Shown here one piece after another: positions 14,703 through 28,169 of a DNA stretch of 64,000 nt (the stretch's first letter is position 1; each line of letters opens with the position of its first letter). Made by a program: the position numbers and the translations under genes. The notes under the pieces are model-generated. The model saw only the letters and a program-made list of their open reading frames with translations, had not been told where the DNA came from and ran no database searches. Source of the DNA: Octopus vulgaris (Eukaryota); contig OX597826.1 in the NCBI GenBank assembly GCA_951406725.2, positions 61,070,001 through 61,134,000 on the forward strand, given 5' to 3'.

Positions 14703-15639
14703 ATATACGTATATAACTAATGTATATACTATATATATATATATATATACACACACACAATATATACGTATATAACTAATATATATCATATATTATATCT
14801 GCATGTATTATATATCCATGAATATCATGCATACATTATATTTACAAACATACTTTTATAAATATAGTATAAATTTATGTATATTAGATATAAGTATCAT
14901 ATCTATATGTATATTATACATATACGTGTGTATGCGCGCGCATGTATGTATAACCTCTATATAATATTATATTAGTTTATATCTATTACATCTATATGTA
15001 TGTGTGTGTATATGTATATGTGATAAAATAAATAATATCTATAAAGCGTATGTACGGCGTTATATTCAGATGACTGCACACTCACATCATCTAATCGTTT
15101 TCAAGACGTAACTGCAAAACTGCTCTAAACACCCAATTACCTTGAATTCTGGCAAAAATCAGGCTTGAATTTGCACCAAACATATCCATTATTTCACCTC
15201 TTAACGGCAATACCAGAGAATATAAAACATAACCAAATATTACCCTAAACAACATAAATGTGTCTCACACACACATACAAAGGAGATAAAAATGACTAGG
15301 ATGTGACGTACAATACCCCTAGAGCATTCTCAATACACAGAAGATATACTAAAGAAAGCAAAACGATGCACACACGTACCAGATTTGACCAACTGAAAGA
15401 AATTCATGTTGGAAAAACAGATCTGTTATGGATTATACCTGTTCTACTTGAGCGCCATTTTCTCCACGGCTAACCATGTAAACTACAAAGTACACAAAAC
15501 CAGTACACTTTGTATCATACCTGGCTGTACGCGTGTCCCACTCCTAGACAACCTCCAGGGTGAAACAAAAACTGAAAGACCACCTAGATATGTAATGGAC
15601 ACAATTTACTGTTGCAACAAGCCTCGACTACCACATTCC

Positions 15640-15690
15640 TTTCTTCTTCTTCTTCTTCTTCTTCTTCTTCTTCTTCTTCTTCTTCTTCTT

Positions 15691-15721
<31 letters not shown>

Positions 15722-16015
15722 ATCCTTTTTGCCTATTGTGGAGCATAGGGCCGGTTTCCCGGTTTCCTTGGCGTATAGGTTCCCCACCTGCACGGGACGC
15801 CGGTCCGTCGCAGGTTTGCTGCAAGATGCAGGAGGAAAGAGTGAGAGAAAGTTGTGGCGAAGGGGTCAGCAGAAGTTCGCCATTAACTTCTGCCGAAGTC
15901 GCGTGGAGCTTAGGTGTTTCGCTCATCAACACACACATTGCCCGGTCTGAGATTCGAACCCGCGATCCCTCGACCGCTAATCCGCTGCTCTAACCACTAG
16001 GCCATGTGCCTCCAC
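15640..16015 (-). mobile_element. tRNA-derived SINE (OR2-like) with (AAG)n tail and 10-bp TSD
   Basis: Head GGAGGCACATGGCCTAGTGGTTAG...GGTTCGAATC. TSD ACCACATTCC at 15630-15639 and 16016-16025. Confidence 0.9.
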
Positions 16016-16179
16016 ACCACATTCCCTAGAACTACATAAAAATAATCACATCCAGACGCAAAGACACTGGCACAAAATCCCAGAGTCCTACTATAAGGAC
16101 CGTGCGATGCGATGTGATGAGAATGGCTCATTAGTACATCACACAGCCCTTACAATAAACATAAAATGAATAATACATG

Positions 16180-17350
16180 TGTCAGAGGGAAAAAGAGAGA
16201 CACAACCGCGTAGAATGTTTAAGGGAACATTTATTGATGTTAACATGTATGTCTGTGTGTGCATTGTGAGTATTTATTGAACGAAAACACCTAAAACTTC
16301 ACAAGGCTCCTGCAGGGGGGGGGTGAACCCTGCTGTACTCTTTCACCACAACTTTCTCTCACTCTTTCTTCCTGTTTCTTTTGTACCTGTATTTCAAAGG
16401 GCCAGCCTTGTCACGCTGAATCTCCTCGAGAACTACGTTAAGGGTACACGTGTCTGTGGAATGCTCAGCCACTTGCACGTTAATTCCACGAGCAAGCTGT
16501 TCTGTTGATCGTATCAGCTGGGACCCTCATCGTCGTAACCGATGGAGTGCTCCTATATATATATACAGAATAATAGACAGGTCGTCATGAGCACAAATTG
16601 TATGTGTGTATAGGTATGGAAGTATGCGTGTGTGTTAAGTACATATAAGAATAGCAATGATAAAGAGACAGTGAAAGAGTCTATAATGAGAAGTTAGAAG
16701 AATGTTCATAGACACAAGAATGAGAATACCAGTTTGTAGTTAATTGTACACGGTAGTTGAAATACTGTATCAAGACGTTGCGGCCATAATGCTAATCAGG
16801 TTGCGGTACATGTCGTACGTGAAGTTGTGGCTTCGATGATGCTGCCTGCGTCACTTGGTACAGGAATTCTCGCAGGTTGTAAATTCGCTATTGATCCATG
16901 GTGAAGTAATTCACGAACGGTGAAGTTTAGGAACCTGGGTAAGCAGCTGGTTGTGTATGTAGAGATGTTGAAGCTAGGACGATGGTGGCGACGAAGATGG
17001 AGGTCGCCGAATGCTGTTGGACGAAGTTGGTGAGTCTCAACGTGGCTACTGTGGTGTTGTCTTTGGAACTGGCTGTATCTTGTGTGGTCAGTGGCTAGAC
17101 CTTAAAAGGTCTGAAACCAAAGACGTATAATGAGGAGAATGCTGGGTTTTTATAGGGAGCAATAGACTCGAAAAAGGTTCGAAAAACGTTGTTCACGTGG
17201 TGTTATCTAAAGACTCTGACTGGCTATCCGCGGTAGGAGACAAATTGCGCCAATACCAGCCAATCAGAGTAGTGGACATAACGGAATACAAACAGCAGCC
17301 AAAGACTAGCTGTTACCTGCTACGTTCTTTGTTACACTACTACATCAACA
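16180..17350 (-). mobile_element. Probable solo LTR
   Basis: TGT...ACA ends with ACATG/ACATA flanks. In minus-strand order: CCAAT motifs (~17250-17267), TATAAAA (~17150), AATAAA (~16232). Interrupts the LINE. Confidence 0.5.
16260..16553 (+). mobile_element. OR1-like SINE, 5'-truncated
   Basis: Matches the body and tail of the full copy at 55051-55433. Confidence 0.88.
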
Positions 17351-17764
17351 ACATACTAAAAGTTCTATCGCCCTTAATCACTCCAAACAAACATAAAAAA
17401 GACACATTCAAAGAAATAACATTTACGTCATTAGCCTCACTGATCTGGAACATCTGGATGAAGGCATCTACCCCAATCGCAGACAAAAATAGCAAAATCT
17501 ATGCTATCACCTCCGCCATCACTAAAATATAGAGGAGCTGCATCTGTCATGTTCTTGTCAAGTCCAATCTGTCCATCTCTGATGTAACAACCACCCGAAT
17601 CCATCGAGGCGCAGAAGTAGGCAAGTTTTGAGTTTCTTCCTCGGCTTCAAGGAAAATGTTTTATAACTCTATGGATCGCGCCTTATCGTAAAGCAGATTA
17701 TCTGTGTGTCATAGAACTGATGGATTATATCTGACCAGGAGATTACACGATCATTTTATATTAT

Positions 17765-18187
17765 AGGCAGACGGCCTGAAATTTCTGGGGATAGGGTCAG
17801 TCAATCACATCGATACCAGCGCTCAAATGGTGCTTATTTCCTCGGATCCAAAAGAATGAAAGGCAAAGTCGACATTGATGGAATTTGAACCCAGAACGTA
17901 AAGGTCTGTAAAAAATGCCGTTAAGCGCTCCGTCCGGCTTGCTAGCGGTTCCGCCAGCTCACCGCCTTAATAATATTTTCTACCGGAAGCACAAGACCTC
18001 AAATTTGGGGGAAGGGATAAAGTCGATTACATCGAACCAGTGCGTAACTGGTACTAATTTCATCGACCCTGAAAGGATGAAAGGCAAAGTCGACCTCGGC
18101 GGAATTTGAACTCAGAACGTAACGGCAGACGAAATTCCGCGGAGCATTTCGCCCGGCGTGCTAATGATTCTGCCAGCTCGCCGCCTT
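17765..18187 (-). mobile_element. Two adjacent SINE family B copies
   Basis: Reverse complement of the family B head and core at ~17765-17970 (diverged) and ~17990-18187. Confidence 0.85.
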
Positions 18188-18884
18188 TCACAGCCTTAAT
18201 AATAACTACAGCGCTTGTTTTGCTAGAAATAACAGCAAAGTTTTCCTCAATGTTATTTGGGTAATGTAGTATTAAATACTGTGCTTGAAAATAGACGGGG
18301 ATTGAGTGCCTTTGACCGAAGGTTTGGTCAATCAGAACTAACCTGAGAGTAAACAACAACATTAAGGAGGGAGTGACTACGTGGTCACTCGATTAGCTAG
18401 AAATAGCAACCAAATTCCCTAGCATCACGCGCTACAATATTAACAAAGGGAAAAATCACATTTAATAATGTAATTATAGACATAGAAAAACGATGAATGG
18501 CTTTACATCATAATTCTGCTCCATCTGATCACTCCTGTGGCTACACACTGCAACGACGTTAACAGCAACACTACTATCAACAACAGCAGCGTTTGGGCAA
18601 CCGCCACCATTGCAAACCACGACGACAACAACAACAGCTACGCCACCCTCGCCCACCACCATCGCTGGCAATAACAGCAAAAACATGCTCGCAACGGCCA
18701 CCGCCATCGTTAACCCCCCAACAGCAAAAGCAACAACAACAACAACAACAACGTGCATACAACTATCACGTGCAATAACAGCAACATCCTCGCCACCAAC
18801 AGCAACAACATGTCCGACAACAATAACATCAACAGCAGAGCAACTTTAAAACGAAAAATTTCATCAATACAATCCTCACGATTA

Positions 18885-18897
18885 CTCTCTTTCTCTT

Positions 18898-18946
<49 letters not shown>

Positions 18947-19362
18947 CTTTCTGTATCTCTTTCTGTATCTCTATCTCTATCTCTCTTTCTCTTTTTCTCT
19001 CTCTTTCTCTTTCTCTCTATCTCTCTCTTTCTCCCTCTCTCTTTCTCTCTCTCTCTTTCTCTTTCTCTCTATCTCTTTCTTTCTCCCTCTCTCTTTCTCG
19101 CTCCCTTACTCTCTCCCTCTCTCTTTCTCCCTTTCTTTCTCTCCCTTTCTCACTCCTTTTCTCTCTCCCTTTCTCTTTCTCTTCACTCTCTCTCTCCCTT
19201 TCTCTTTCTCTTCATTCGCTCTCCTTTCTCTTCACTCTCTCTCTCCCTTTCTCTTTCCCTTCTCTCTTTCTCTCTCCCTTTCTCTCCATTTCTCTCTTTC
19301 TCTCCCTCTCTCTTTCCACTCTCTTTATTTCTCTCTCTCTCTCTCTTTCTCTCTCTATTCTC
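18885..19362. repeat. Polypyrimidine (CT/CTTT) tract
   Basis: Direct reading. Confidence 0.95.
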
Positions 19363-19455
19363 ACTACTTCCGGCCACCTTACCTTACCTCACCTCTTTCT
19401 CTCCTTATACCATTAATGGTTCTGCCACTGTGAGTCACCACTGACAACCACTCAC

Positions 19456-19500
19456 GCTGATCGCAGCGACATCTTCCGTGACAAAACGCGAAGACGAAAT
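19456..19500 (-). CDS. Tentative 45-nt internal exon
   Basis: Acceptor ttatttcag|A and donor C|GTGAGT. Length is a multiple of 3 and all three frames are open. CpG-rich island between simple repeats. Confidence 0.3.
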
Positions 19501-19917
19501 CTGAAATAAATGGTTGCCAAATATTTTATCACTTGTTAACACGGAAGGGCTGTTGATTAGCGGTCGAACGGGGGCGGTATTAGACGCGGTGGTAGGGCGA
19601 AAGTATATGTGGTGGTGGTAAGGTGGGATGGTGAAGCTGGTGGTAAGGATTAAGGGGTTGAATGGTAAGGTGGTGGTTGATACTTCTGATCGGGTGGGTT
19701 GTGATGGTGATGTTGTTGGTGTGGTTGTCGTCGTGGTCGTGGACGTGTTTGAGGTGGAGGCGTCGATGTGGTAGTAGCGGCGGTGACGGTGGTTTGTTCG
19801 GTCGAGTATTAATGAGGTGGTTGCTGCTGGTGGCGCTAGTGATTTACTGCTGAATAGTGGAAATGATTGGAAAAGGGGGCGCTCAAGAAGGCTATAGTGG
19901 CTGTGGTGGTGGACAAC

Positions 19918-19973
<56 letters not shown>

Positions 19974-20106
19974 AGGAAGGAGTGGTGATGGTGAATGCGT
20001 AGGACATAAAAGGGATTTTGGTATATTGCTACAAGTGTGACATTCCTTCAGTTAATGTCTAGAAGAATCTATACCAAAAATCTGTGTATAAGTACATACA
20101 TATGCG

Positions 20107-20137
<31 letters not shown>

Positions 20138-20171
20138 GTGTGTAACACATTATACATGCTTAGAGATATTC

Positions 20172-20382
20172 CTTTACTCTTTTACTTATTTCAGTCATTT
20201 GACTGTGGCCATGCTGGAGCACCGCCTTTAGTCGTGCAAATCGACCCCAGGACTTATTCTGTGTAAGCCGAGTACTTATTCTATTGCTCTCTTTTGCCGA
20301 ACCGCTAAGTTACGGGGATGTAACACACCAGCATCGGATCTCAAGCGATGTTGGAGTGACAAACACAGACACACGAACGTAT

Positions 20383-20440
<58 letters not shown>

Positions 20441-20609
20441 TTATATGACAGACTTCTTCAGTTTCCGTCTACCAAATCCACTCACAAGGCTTTGGCCGGC
20501 CCGTGGCTATAGTAGAAAACACTTGCCCAAGATGCCACGCTGTTGGAGTGAACCGGGAACCTTGTAGTTGGTAAGCAAGCTACTTACCACACAGCCACTC
20601 CTACGCCTA
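20172..20609 (-). mobile_element. SINE family A
   Basis: Reverse complement of 223-688. Confidence 0.9.
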
Positions 20610-20715
20610 TATGTTTTTCACTACTTACACACACGTATACACACACTCAAATTATAAGAATAGGGAACTTGAAGTAGATAGCTTGTAGAACATTAGATAA
20701 GAAAACTTTTCAATG

Positions 20716-21496
20716 AAAAAGGAGGCGAAGCCTGTACTTAAGACTTGAACACCTATCAGCTGTTAACAAGACAAACGTGCAAACCATTAAACCAAAGCAA
20801 CACTTCAAATATTCCTCCCTCATTTTAGAAGCTTTATTCTAACCAGCGAGAATTGCAAAATGTTTACATTATAATACTTCAGCAACCTCGAGAGATATGA
20901 AGCTAATTATTTCTAACTTGGGTTTTTAATGGGTTAATAATATGGCTTTTAACCAAGTAAGCAATACATTGCATTCTTTCGATATAACTTGACAAAATCA
21001 AATCACTTCACTTCGAGTATTTCCGTGAAAGCAAATGACAGTTCGATTCTGTTTTCTGCTTGGAAATTTTCGGATTTTACATACACATATGAAACAGATA
21101 AGAACAAATACGCATGGCTTTTTTTTTTCTTCAAGTTTAAAATGAGACATCACTGGCATAATTTCGTTATATCTATACTCCACAATCCACGGAAATACCC
21201 GAAGTGAAATGCCTCGACCTTGTCGAGCTATATCGAAGGAATGCCTTATACTTTATTATTTTTAGCCTTATTTACTTCAAGTTCCACCATTAAAAATGAT
21301 TTACTTCATATCACTCCAAGCTTCTCAATTCCCATTATGTAAGCAGGTTATAATTGTCGCTGGTAAGCACAAAACTTCTAAAATGGGCGCCTGAGCTACC
21401 GAGTGCTGCTTTGGTGTAATGGTTATCGTGTAGGTCTTATCTCTGCAGTAGGTAACGGTTTCGGGTCCTGTGCGAACCTTTCGACCTTTTTTTTTT
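20716..21496. repeat. Diverged long inverted repeat (~310-bp arms) with tRNA-like termini
   Basis: Collinear reverse-complement blocks: TTCACTTCGAGTATTTCCGTG/CACGGAAATACCCGAAGTGAA, GCATTCTTTCGATATAACTTGACAA/TTGTCGAGCTATATCGAAGGAATGC, CATTTTAGAAG/CTTCTAAAATG, AACCATTAAACCAAAGCA/TGCTTTGGTGTAATGGTT. Confidence 0.8.
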
Positions 21497-21954
21497 CTTT
21501 TTCTTTTTGATAGCCAAGGGTTTTTGATGTAGTTATTTCAGTAAAACACCTTCTTCGTAAACAGTACAAATATCTCTAGTGCTTTGAATCGTGAAGAAAA
21601 AAAAAAGAGGTCAAAAATGCTAATTTTGTTTTACCTTGTTAGCAGTACATCTGTAAACGTCTAAAAAAACAGGTAAGATTTATGCAAATTTAAAAAAACG
21701 TTAACAAAAGTTTGTTGAGGAAGAAGAGTTACAAAAACAAGCATAAAAAACTTTGGTAAGATTTTTTTTTTTTCTATTAATTCAAATAACATAAGAAATG
21801 AACGAATTTATCTGACAACCAAATATGCGATTGTCTGACGGGTTTACATGATTAAACGATATTGTATATGTGGATATATGTGTGTGCGTACATATAAATA
21901 AGTATATATAACTATTATATACTAGGTTTCCCCTATATCAAGATATATACCCCA

Positions 21955-22007
<53 letters not shown>

Positions 22008-22081
22008 TATATATATGAATAAATATATATGTATATGTGTATATGTATATGTATAAATATATGTATGTATAAGTATATGTG

Positions 22082-22142
<61 letters not shown>

Positions 22143-22863
22143 GGGAGAAAGTGGCGGTGAGAGAGCAACTGGGAAATGGAGAAATACATATAAAATTTGT
22201 TATGTCTGAAACCGCAGGAAACATTTTAAAAGGTGTGGCGTTAATTATTTCACACGTCTTACCTGACAGTTTTGATATGATCAGAGCTTCCTAGTTCTCA
22301 TCTGAGTCTAGGGACTGTCTACGTTGTGTGTACTACATGCTGCGTGCTTTTGCATATATACATATATATATATATGAGTATCCTTATATGTATACTTATG
22401 TATGTGCATATGTATGTATACAGGACAGACACACTCTACATTGGCATATCAATAAGTTGTTAGACATTTGTTTAAATATTGATGTATAATACTGTTGTCT
22501 GTATATATGCGTGTCAATGTAACTTACGTATATTTATTAGTGTGTTTGTTATATGCATATGTGAAGTGTTGTGTCGTTTGTATGTGTGTGTTACTTTAAT
22601 CCTAACATCTGGTGCAATTTTGATAGATATTTAATATCTAGGAATATAGATTGTGCTGTTTCCCGTTATATTAAAATATATAAAAGCATATATTGACATA
22701 GGCTTTGTTTTATGACATTAGACACTTCGTAGCAACTTATTGGTATATCGAACAGGTATCTCTTTGCCGTGTGTATTACAATATATGCCTAAAGTGTTTT
22801 CATCTATCTATTTGTCCATATCTATCTATCCATGTTTATCTATCAATTTATCGATGTCTAAAG

Positions 22864-23003
<140 letters not shown>

Positions 23004-23318
23004 AGAGAGAGTTAGAGAAACAGAGACAGACGGAGGGAGTTGCATTGCTCCATTGAGTATTACAAAAGTGAGTATTATATGGATGTTTTCAAAACATTTT
23101 GCATTTAATCTTTGACATTTGTATCCCTTGTTTAAATATTTATTCGTGTAGGATAATCATTGATATGGTTCTAACTTCATTGTTAAGGTTATTGTATTTC
23201 AAGGTGCTTACCTTTAAGTTAAATGTAACATTTAAAAGCAATATATAAATGCATATTGTATATAACTTGCATGATAGCTGCATATAAAATGACCGCTCTT
23301 ACTTCTAAGCTGTTTGAA

Positions 23319-23476
<158 letters not shown>

Positions 23477-23880
23477 CATTTGTTTTGCAAGATTCCGAGA
23501 TTCTTGATGTGAAATCGTGCGTTGAAACAGATATCATCACAGAAAACACACATGATTGTTTAAAGAAACAACACTAAGAAATTATGGTTTTTAAATCTAA
23601 CGGGAAGAAGCGAGTGGCTGCGCTAGTGTAATGATAGCACACTTATCGCGAGGATATAGAGGTGTGTGTTCGAGTCCCATGCGTCCGAAAACCCCACTTT
23701 ATTCCATCGAGGACTTATATGCCCCAATATTAGACTATTTTTTTAGTCAATACACGGTAAACGCTTATAAGATTTTAGCTTATAAAATATTATCATTTAT
23801 AGATACTGTTATATATCAGGGGATCGTCATTTTTTACGCCAAATAACTACACGCATTATACACTCGTTCTTCCTTTATTA

Positions 23881-23942
<62 letters not shown>

Positions 23943-24051
23943 GTCTCTTTTGCCAGATGTCTTTCGTCACACATCCTGTGACCTCTTCAACGGCTCCTTA
24001 TCCCACGTGTCTCCTCGTGTACTGTTTAGTCCAAGATTTCAGGCAAAGGAC

Positions 24052-24161
<110 letters not shown>

Positions 24162-24630
24162 AAGAAGAAGAAGAAGAAGAAGAAGAAGAAGAAGAAGAAG
24201 AATGATAACAATAATAATAAATGCCCTGATGCAGTACCAGGCAGTGGCTCTCGTGGGTTCTGATCTTAACTGATTGGCCAACAGAAGAAAGAGTGAGAGA
24301 ATGTTGCGGCGAAAGAGTATAACAGGGATCGCCACCATCCCCTGCCAAAGATGGAATGATTAAATGTGGAGAAGTAGCTTTATTAGAGGGGGAATGGTGG
24401 GGTTATGGGGACGGTATTACAACACGGCATGGTTAAAGGAGAAAGGATAGTTCAAGAAGAATGAGGGGTTAATAATGAGGGTACTAAGGTAGGTGAGGTA
24501 GGTAGTAGAGAGTAGGAAGATGAATAGGAGGGTCGGGTAGATAGTATTTTAATGTTGGTTTTGTTGAGTTTTAGGGATATTAGCTATAGAACTATTGGAA
24601 GTTGAGATATTGAGAAAAGGAGTATATATA

Positions 24631-26253
24631 TACAATTGCGGCCAAATTGTTCAGAACGGCATTGTTTTCGTCAGAAAAGTAGGTATAAGTTTTTATCAAA
24701 TTGTTTTATATTCTATAATTTTCACAGACAATAAATAGAATATTATTTGTTATTGTCTGAGATTTTGGTGTAATTTGAGAGGATAATACAAAAGTTATTG
24801 ATGATTTAGTGAGTTACTGAAAAACCCATGGCGGCCAAAATGATCAGAACGGTTGCTTCTACTCCATGTTTTAGTATATTTAACCAGCGAGCTCTAATGT
24901 TTTGAATTTGTTTACGTGTCGGTTCATTTATTAAACACGCCTAAGAATATCTGCAGTGTACTTTGTTAATATAATGCCACTTACTCCGTTACCAATTCGT
25001 CAGCAGATTATTAAGCTTCGAAAGAAGGATAATTTAAGTATTAGGTCTATTGCAAAGATTGTTAACAAGTCAAAAAGTGTTGTTCACGGTATTCTTAAGG
25101 TCTACGATGATTGTGGTTCGTGTGAAGCAAGAAAGTCTACAAGTAGGCCAAGAAAAACGACCAAGAGAGAAGATCGTGCTATGGTAAAGTTGGTTAAAAA
25201 GGACAGATTTAAAACTGCTGCTGCTGTTTCTTGGGAAATGAGCATTGTACTGAAGAAAACTTTATCTCGAAAAACTGTGTCTCGTCCTTTAGTTGAACAT
25301 AACCTACAAGCAAGAGCACCTGCAGTGAAGCCACTGATCAGCTCCAAGAATAAAAAGTGTCGTCTTACCTTTGCAACCGAACATGTATTGTGGTTTCAAG
25401 AAAAATGACAAATGGTGCATTTCAGTGATGAATCTAAATCTATGTTATTTGGCTCAGATGGGAAAAGGTACGTTCGTGGAAAAGCAGGTGAAAAATTGTC
25501 GCCTAATTGCCTTAAGACTAGTGTTAAATTCGGTGGAGGAAGTGTCATGGGAGATGATATCTGGAGATGTTGTGGGCCCTTTGCTGCGATTACATGGAAA
25601 GGTAAATGCAGGAGTTTATGCACAACTTGTAAAAGATCATGTCTTGCCTGTGCTGAGAAATTCAACTAAGCGACCACCCATATTCATGCAGGACAATGCC
25701 CCATGTCACAAGGCTAAGGTGGTCATGAACTTCCTCAAGGCTGAACAGGTTATTGTTATGGATTGGCCTGCTCAAAGCCCAGACCTCAATCCTATAGAAA
25801 ATGTGTGGAATATTCTAGGAGAACGTTTGAAAGCCAGAAATCCTAAAACAACCGAGCAATTATGGAATGCCATTCAGGAAGAATGGAATAAGATCACCCA
25901 GCAAGAAATTGAAAATTTAATTTCCCCATGCAGTCGAAAATGTCAAACTTTGATTGAAGCTAAAGGGCTTCACACTAAATATGAAATAATTCCAGCATTC
26001 TCTGTCACTTTTTGATTATTTTGTTATTTTTTCAACTGTTCTGATCATTTTGGCCACCATGGCTTTTGCAGTAAATCACTATATCATCCATAACTTTTAT
26101 TTTATCCAGTCAAATTGCACCAACATCTCAGACAATACCAATTAATATGGTATTTATTGTCCGTGAAAATTATAGAATATAAAACAACTTTAATAAAAAC
26201 TTATATCTACTTTTCTGACAAAAACAATGCCGTTCTGAACATTTTGGCCGCAA

Positions 26254-26258
<5 letters not shown>
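24631..26258 (+). mobile_element. Full-length Tc1-family DNA transposon, IR/DR type
   Basis: ~225-bp imperfect TIRs (24631-24855 and 26033-26258), each with outer and inner GCGGCCAAAATGTTCAGAACGG-like direct repeats. TA flanks. Internal transposase. Confidence 0.95.
24974..26015 (+). pseudogene. Tc1 transposase pseudogene (DD34E)
   Basis: HTH region with an SRPRKTT (GRPR-like) motif, then VHFSDESK, FMQDNAPCH and SPDLNPIENVW, with 34 residues between the second D and E. Premature TGA at 25406-25408 and a frameshift near 25548. Confidence 0.95.
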
Positions 26259-26295
<37 letters not shown>

Positions 26296-26612
26296 GTGTG
26301 TATGTAGTTTAACCTATATCTACGCATACGTATATTTTTATAAATTCTTTTTATAAATACGTATATATTTTTATATATACGCATGTATACATAAATATAC
26401 ATACAGATATATGCTCAAACAAATATACATATATACACAAACATATATATATATGACTGTGTGTGTGTGTGTGTATAAGCAAATATATTTACTTACATAT
26501 TACTATAAGTACATATGTTTATTTATGCATATACACAGGTAGATGAAAAGTTAGGACGAGAGACAGACAGACAGAAAGAAGACAGACAGAAAGACAGACA
26601 GATAGATAGATT

Positions 26613-26732
<120 letters not shown>

Positions 26733-27177
26733 TTGTTGGTTGATGTGCAAGCATATACACATGTGTGTGTGTGTGTGTGTGCGTGTGTGTGTATACGTGT
26801 ACAAATATGTGTGTGTAGGTAAAAAATACATGTATGCATCTATGAACTGGGCTGAAAAACACAGGCACGCGCATGCGCGCAAAGATTGCTGTCTGTTTGA
26901 TGTTTTTGAAAAACCTGAAGCTAAATATATTCATCTGAGACATAACCATCACTCGTGACATATAGTTTAGCAATCCAGTCCACTCCTCCACCATCATCAC
27001 CACTTCTAATACCACTAATACGCTATCATCATCATCATCACCACTGTCATCATAACCACTATACTAATATTGCTACCATGAAGTAGACAACATAACATTA
27101 TACTTTCACAATCTCCTGTTCGTGATCTCTGCAAAACCGATAGAGATATTTATATATGTATGTGAATGCCTGCATTT

Positions 27178-27208
<31 letters not shown>

Positions 27209-27370
27209 GACATCTGAGTATGCGTGTGTATATGCAGGTATGTATGCGAGTGTGAGTGTAGTTAAACAGACAGAATATACACACACACATACACCCCTCC
27301 CCTCCCCACCCATATACATATATATATATATATGTATATATGTGTATATATATATGTGTATGTATGTACG

Positions 27371-27415
<45 letters not shown>

Positions 27416-27467
27416 GTATTTTCTATCGTATAAATTCTAGGAAGGTTTTGTTATCTTAACGTTTTCA

Positions 27468-27507
<40 letters not shown>

Positions 27508-27560
27508 TGAAAACGTTAAGATAACAAAACCTTCCTAGAATTTATACGATAGAAATACAA

Positions 27561-27607
<47 letters not shown>

Positions 27608-27765
27608 CGTACATACATACACATATATATATACACATATATACATATATATATATGTATATGGGTGGGGAGGGAAGGGGTGTATGTGTGTGTGTATATT
27701 CTGTCTGTTTAACTACACTCACACTCGCATACATACCTGCATATACACACGCATACTCAGATGTC
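27209..27765. repeat. Near-perfect palindrome, ~260-bp arms centred on (TA)n
   Basis: 27209-27469 is the reverse complement of 27506-27765. Almost identical ORFs appear on opposite strands in the track. Confidence 0.95.
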
Positions 27766-27899
27766 TATATATATATATATATATATATGGGAGTTGAGTG
27801 GGTGGTTTATGTGTGTGTATATATTCTGTCCGTTTAACTACACCCACACTTGTCTACATACCGGCATATGTATATATATATATACATGCCTACACACAC

Positions 27900-27933
<34 letters not shown>

Positions 27934-28169
27934 TACACATTTTAATTTCAGTCTAGGACGTATCCAGTGATATATTTCTGTTTGCTTGATTAGCATCGTC
28001 TGTTCTGCAAAACGGGAATAAAAGCAGCAAAGCTGGTGTATACATTGTGGCCATGAGAGGTCAATACAAAACGAACGAAGTTCGAAAAAAACAAAACGAA
28101 ACGAAACTGTTAACTCGGATCACTGTGAGACATTAAAAAGCCTGTAATTTTTTTTTCTTTTGTTTTTAT

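Larger units (their letters stand above)
15058..17640 (+). mobile_element. Decayed Jockey/I-group-like LINE (RT to C-terminus), interrupted by nested insertions
   Basis: LYSDDCTL (YADD-like) at ~15061, then RSVMDY..KLQSTQN..LCIIPGC..ETK. Resumes after 17350 with ILKVLSPLI..TSLASL. Confidence 0.6.

Noticed and set aside
22258-22345. Minus-strand coding exon ending at a strong CAG|GTAAG donor
   Set aside because: No good acceptor, and stops in all frames of the plausible exon.
24956-26015. Active transposase or programmed frameshift across three overlapping ORFs
   Set aside because: A TGG->TGA stop and a small deletion in the conserved GGGSVMVWG motif explain the split as decay.
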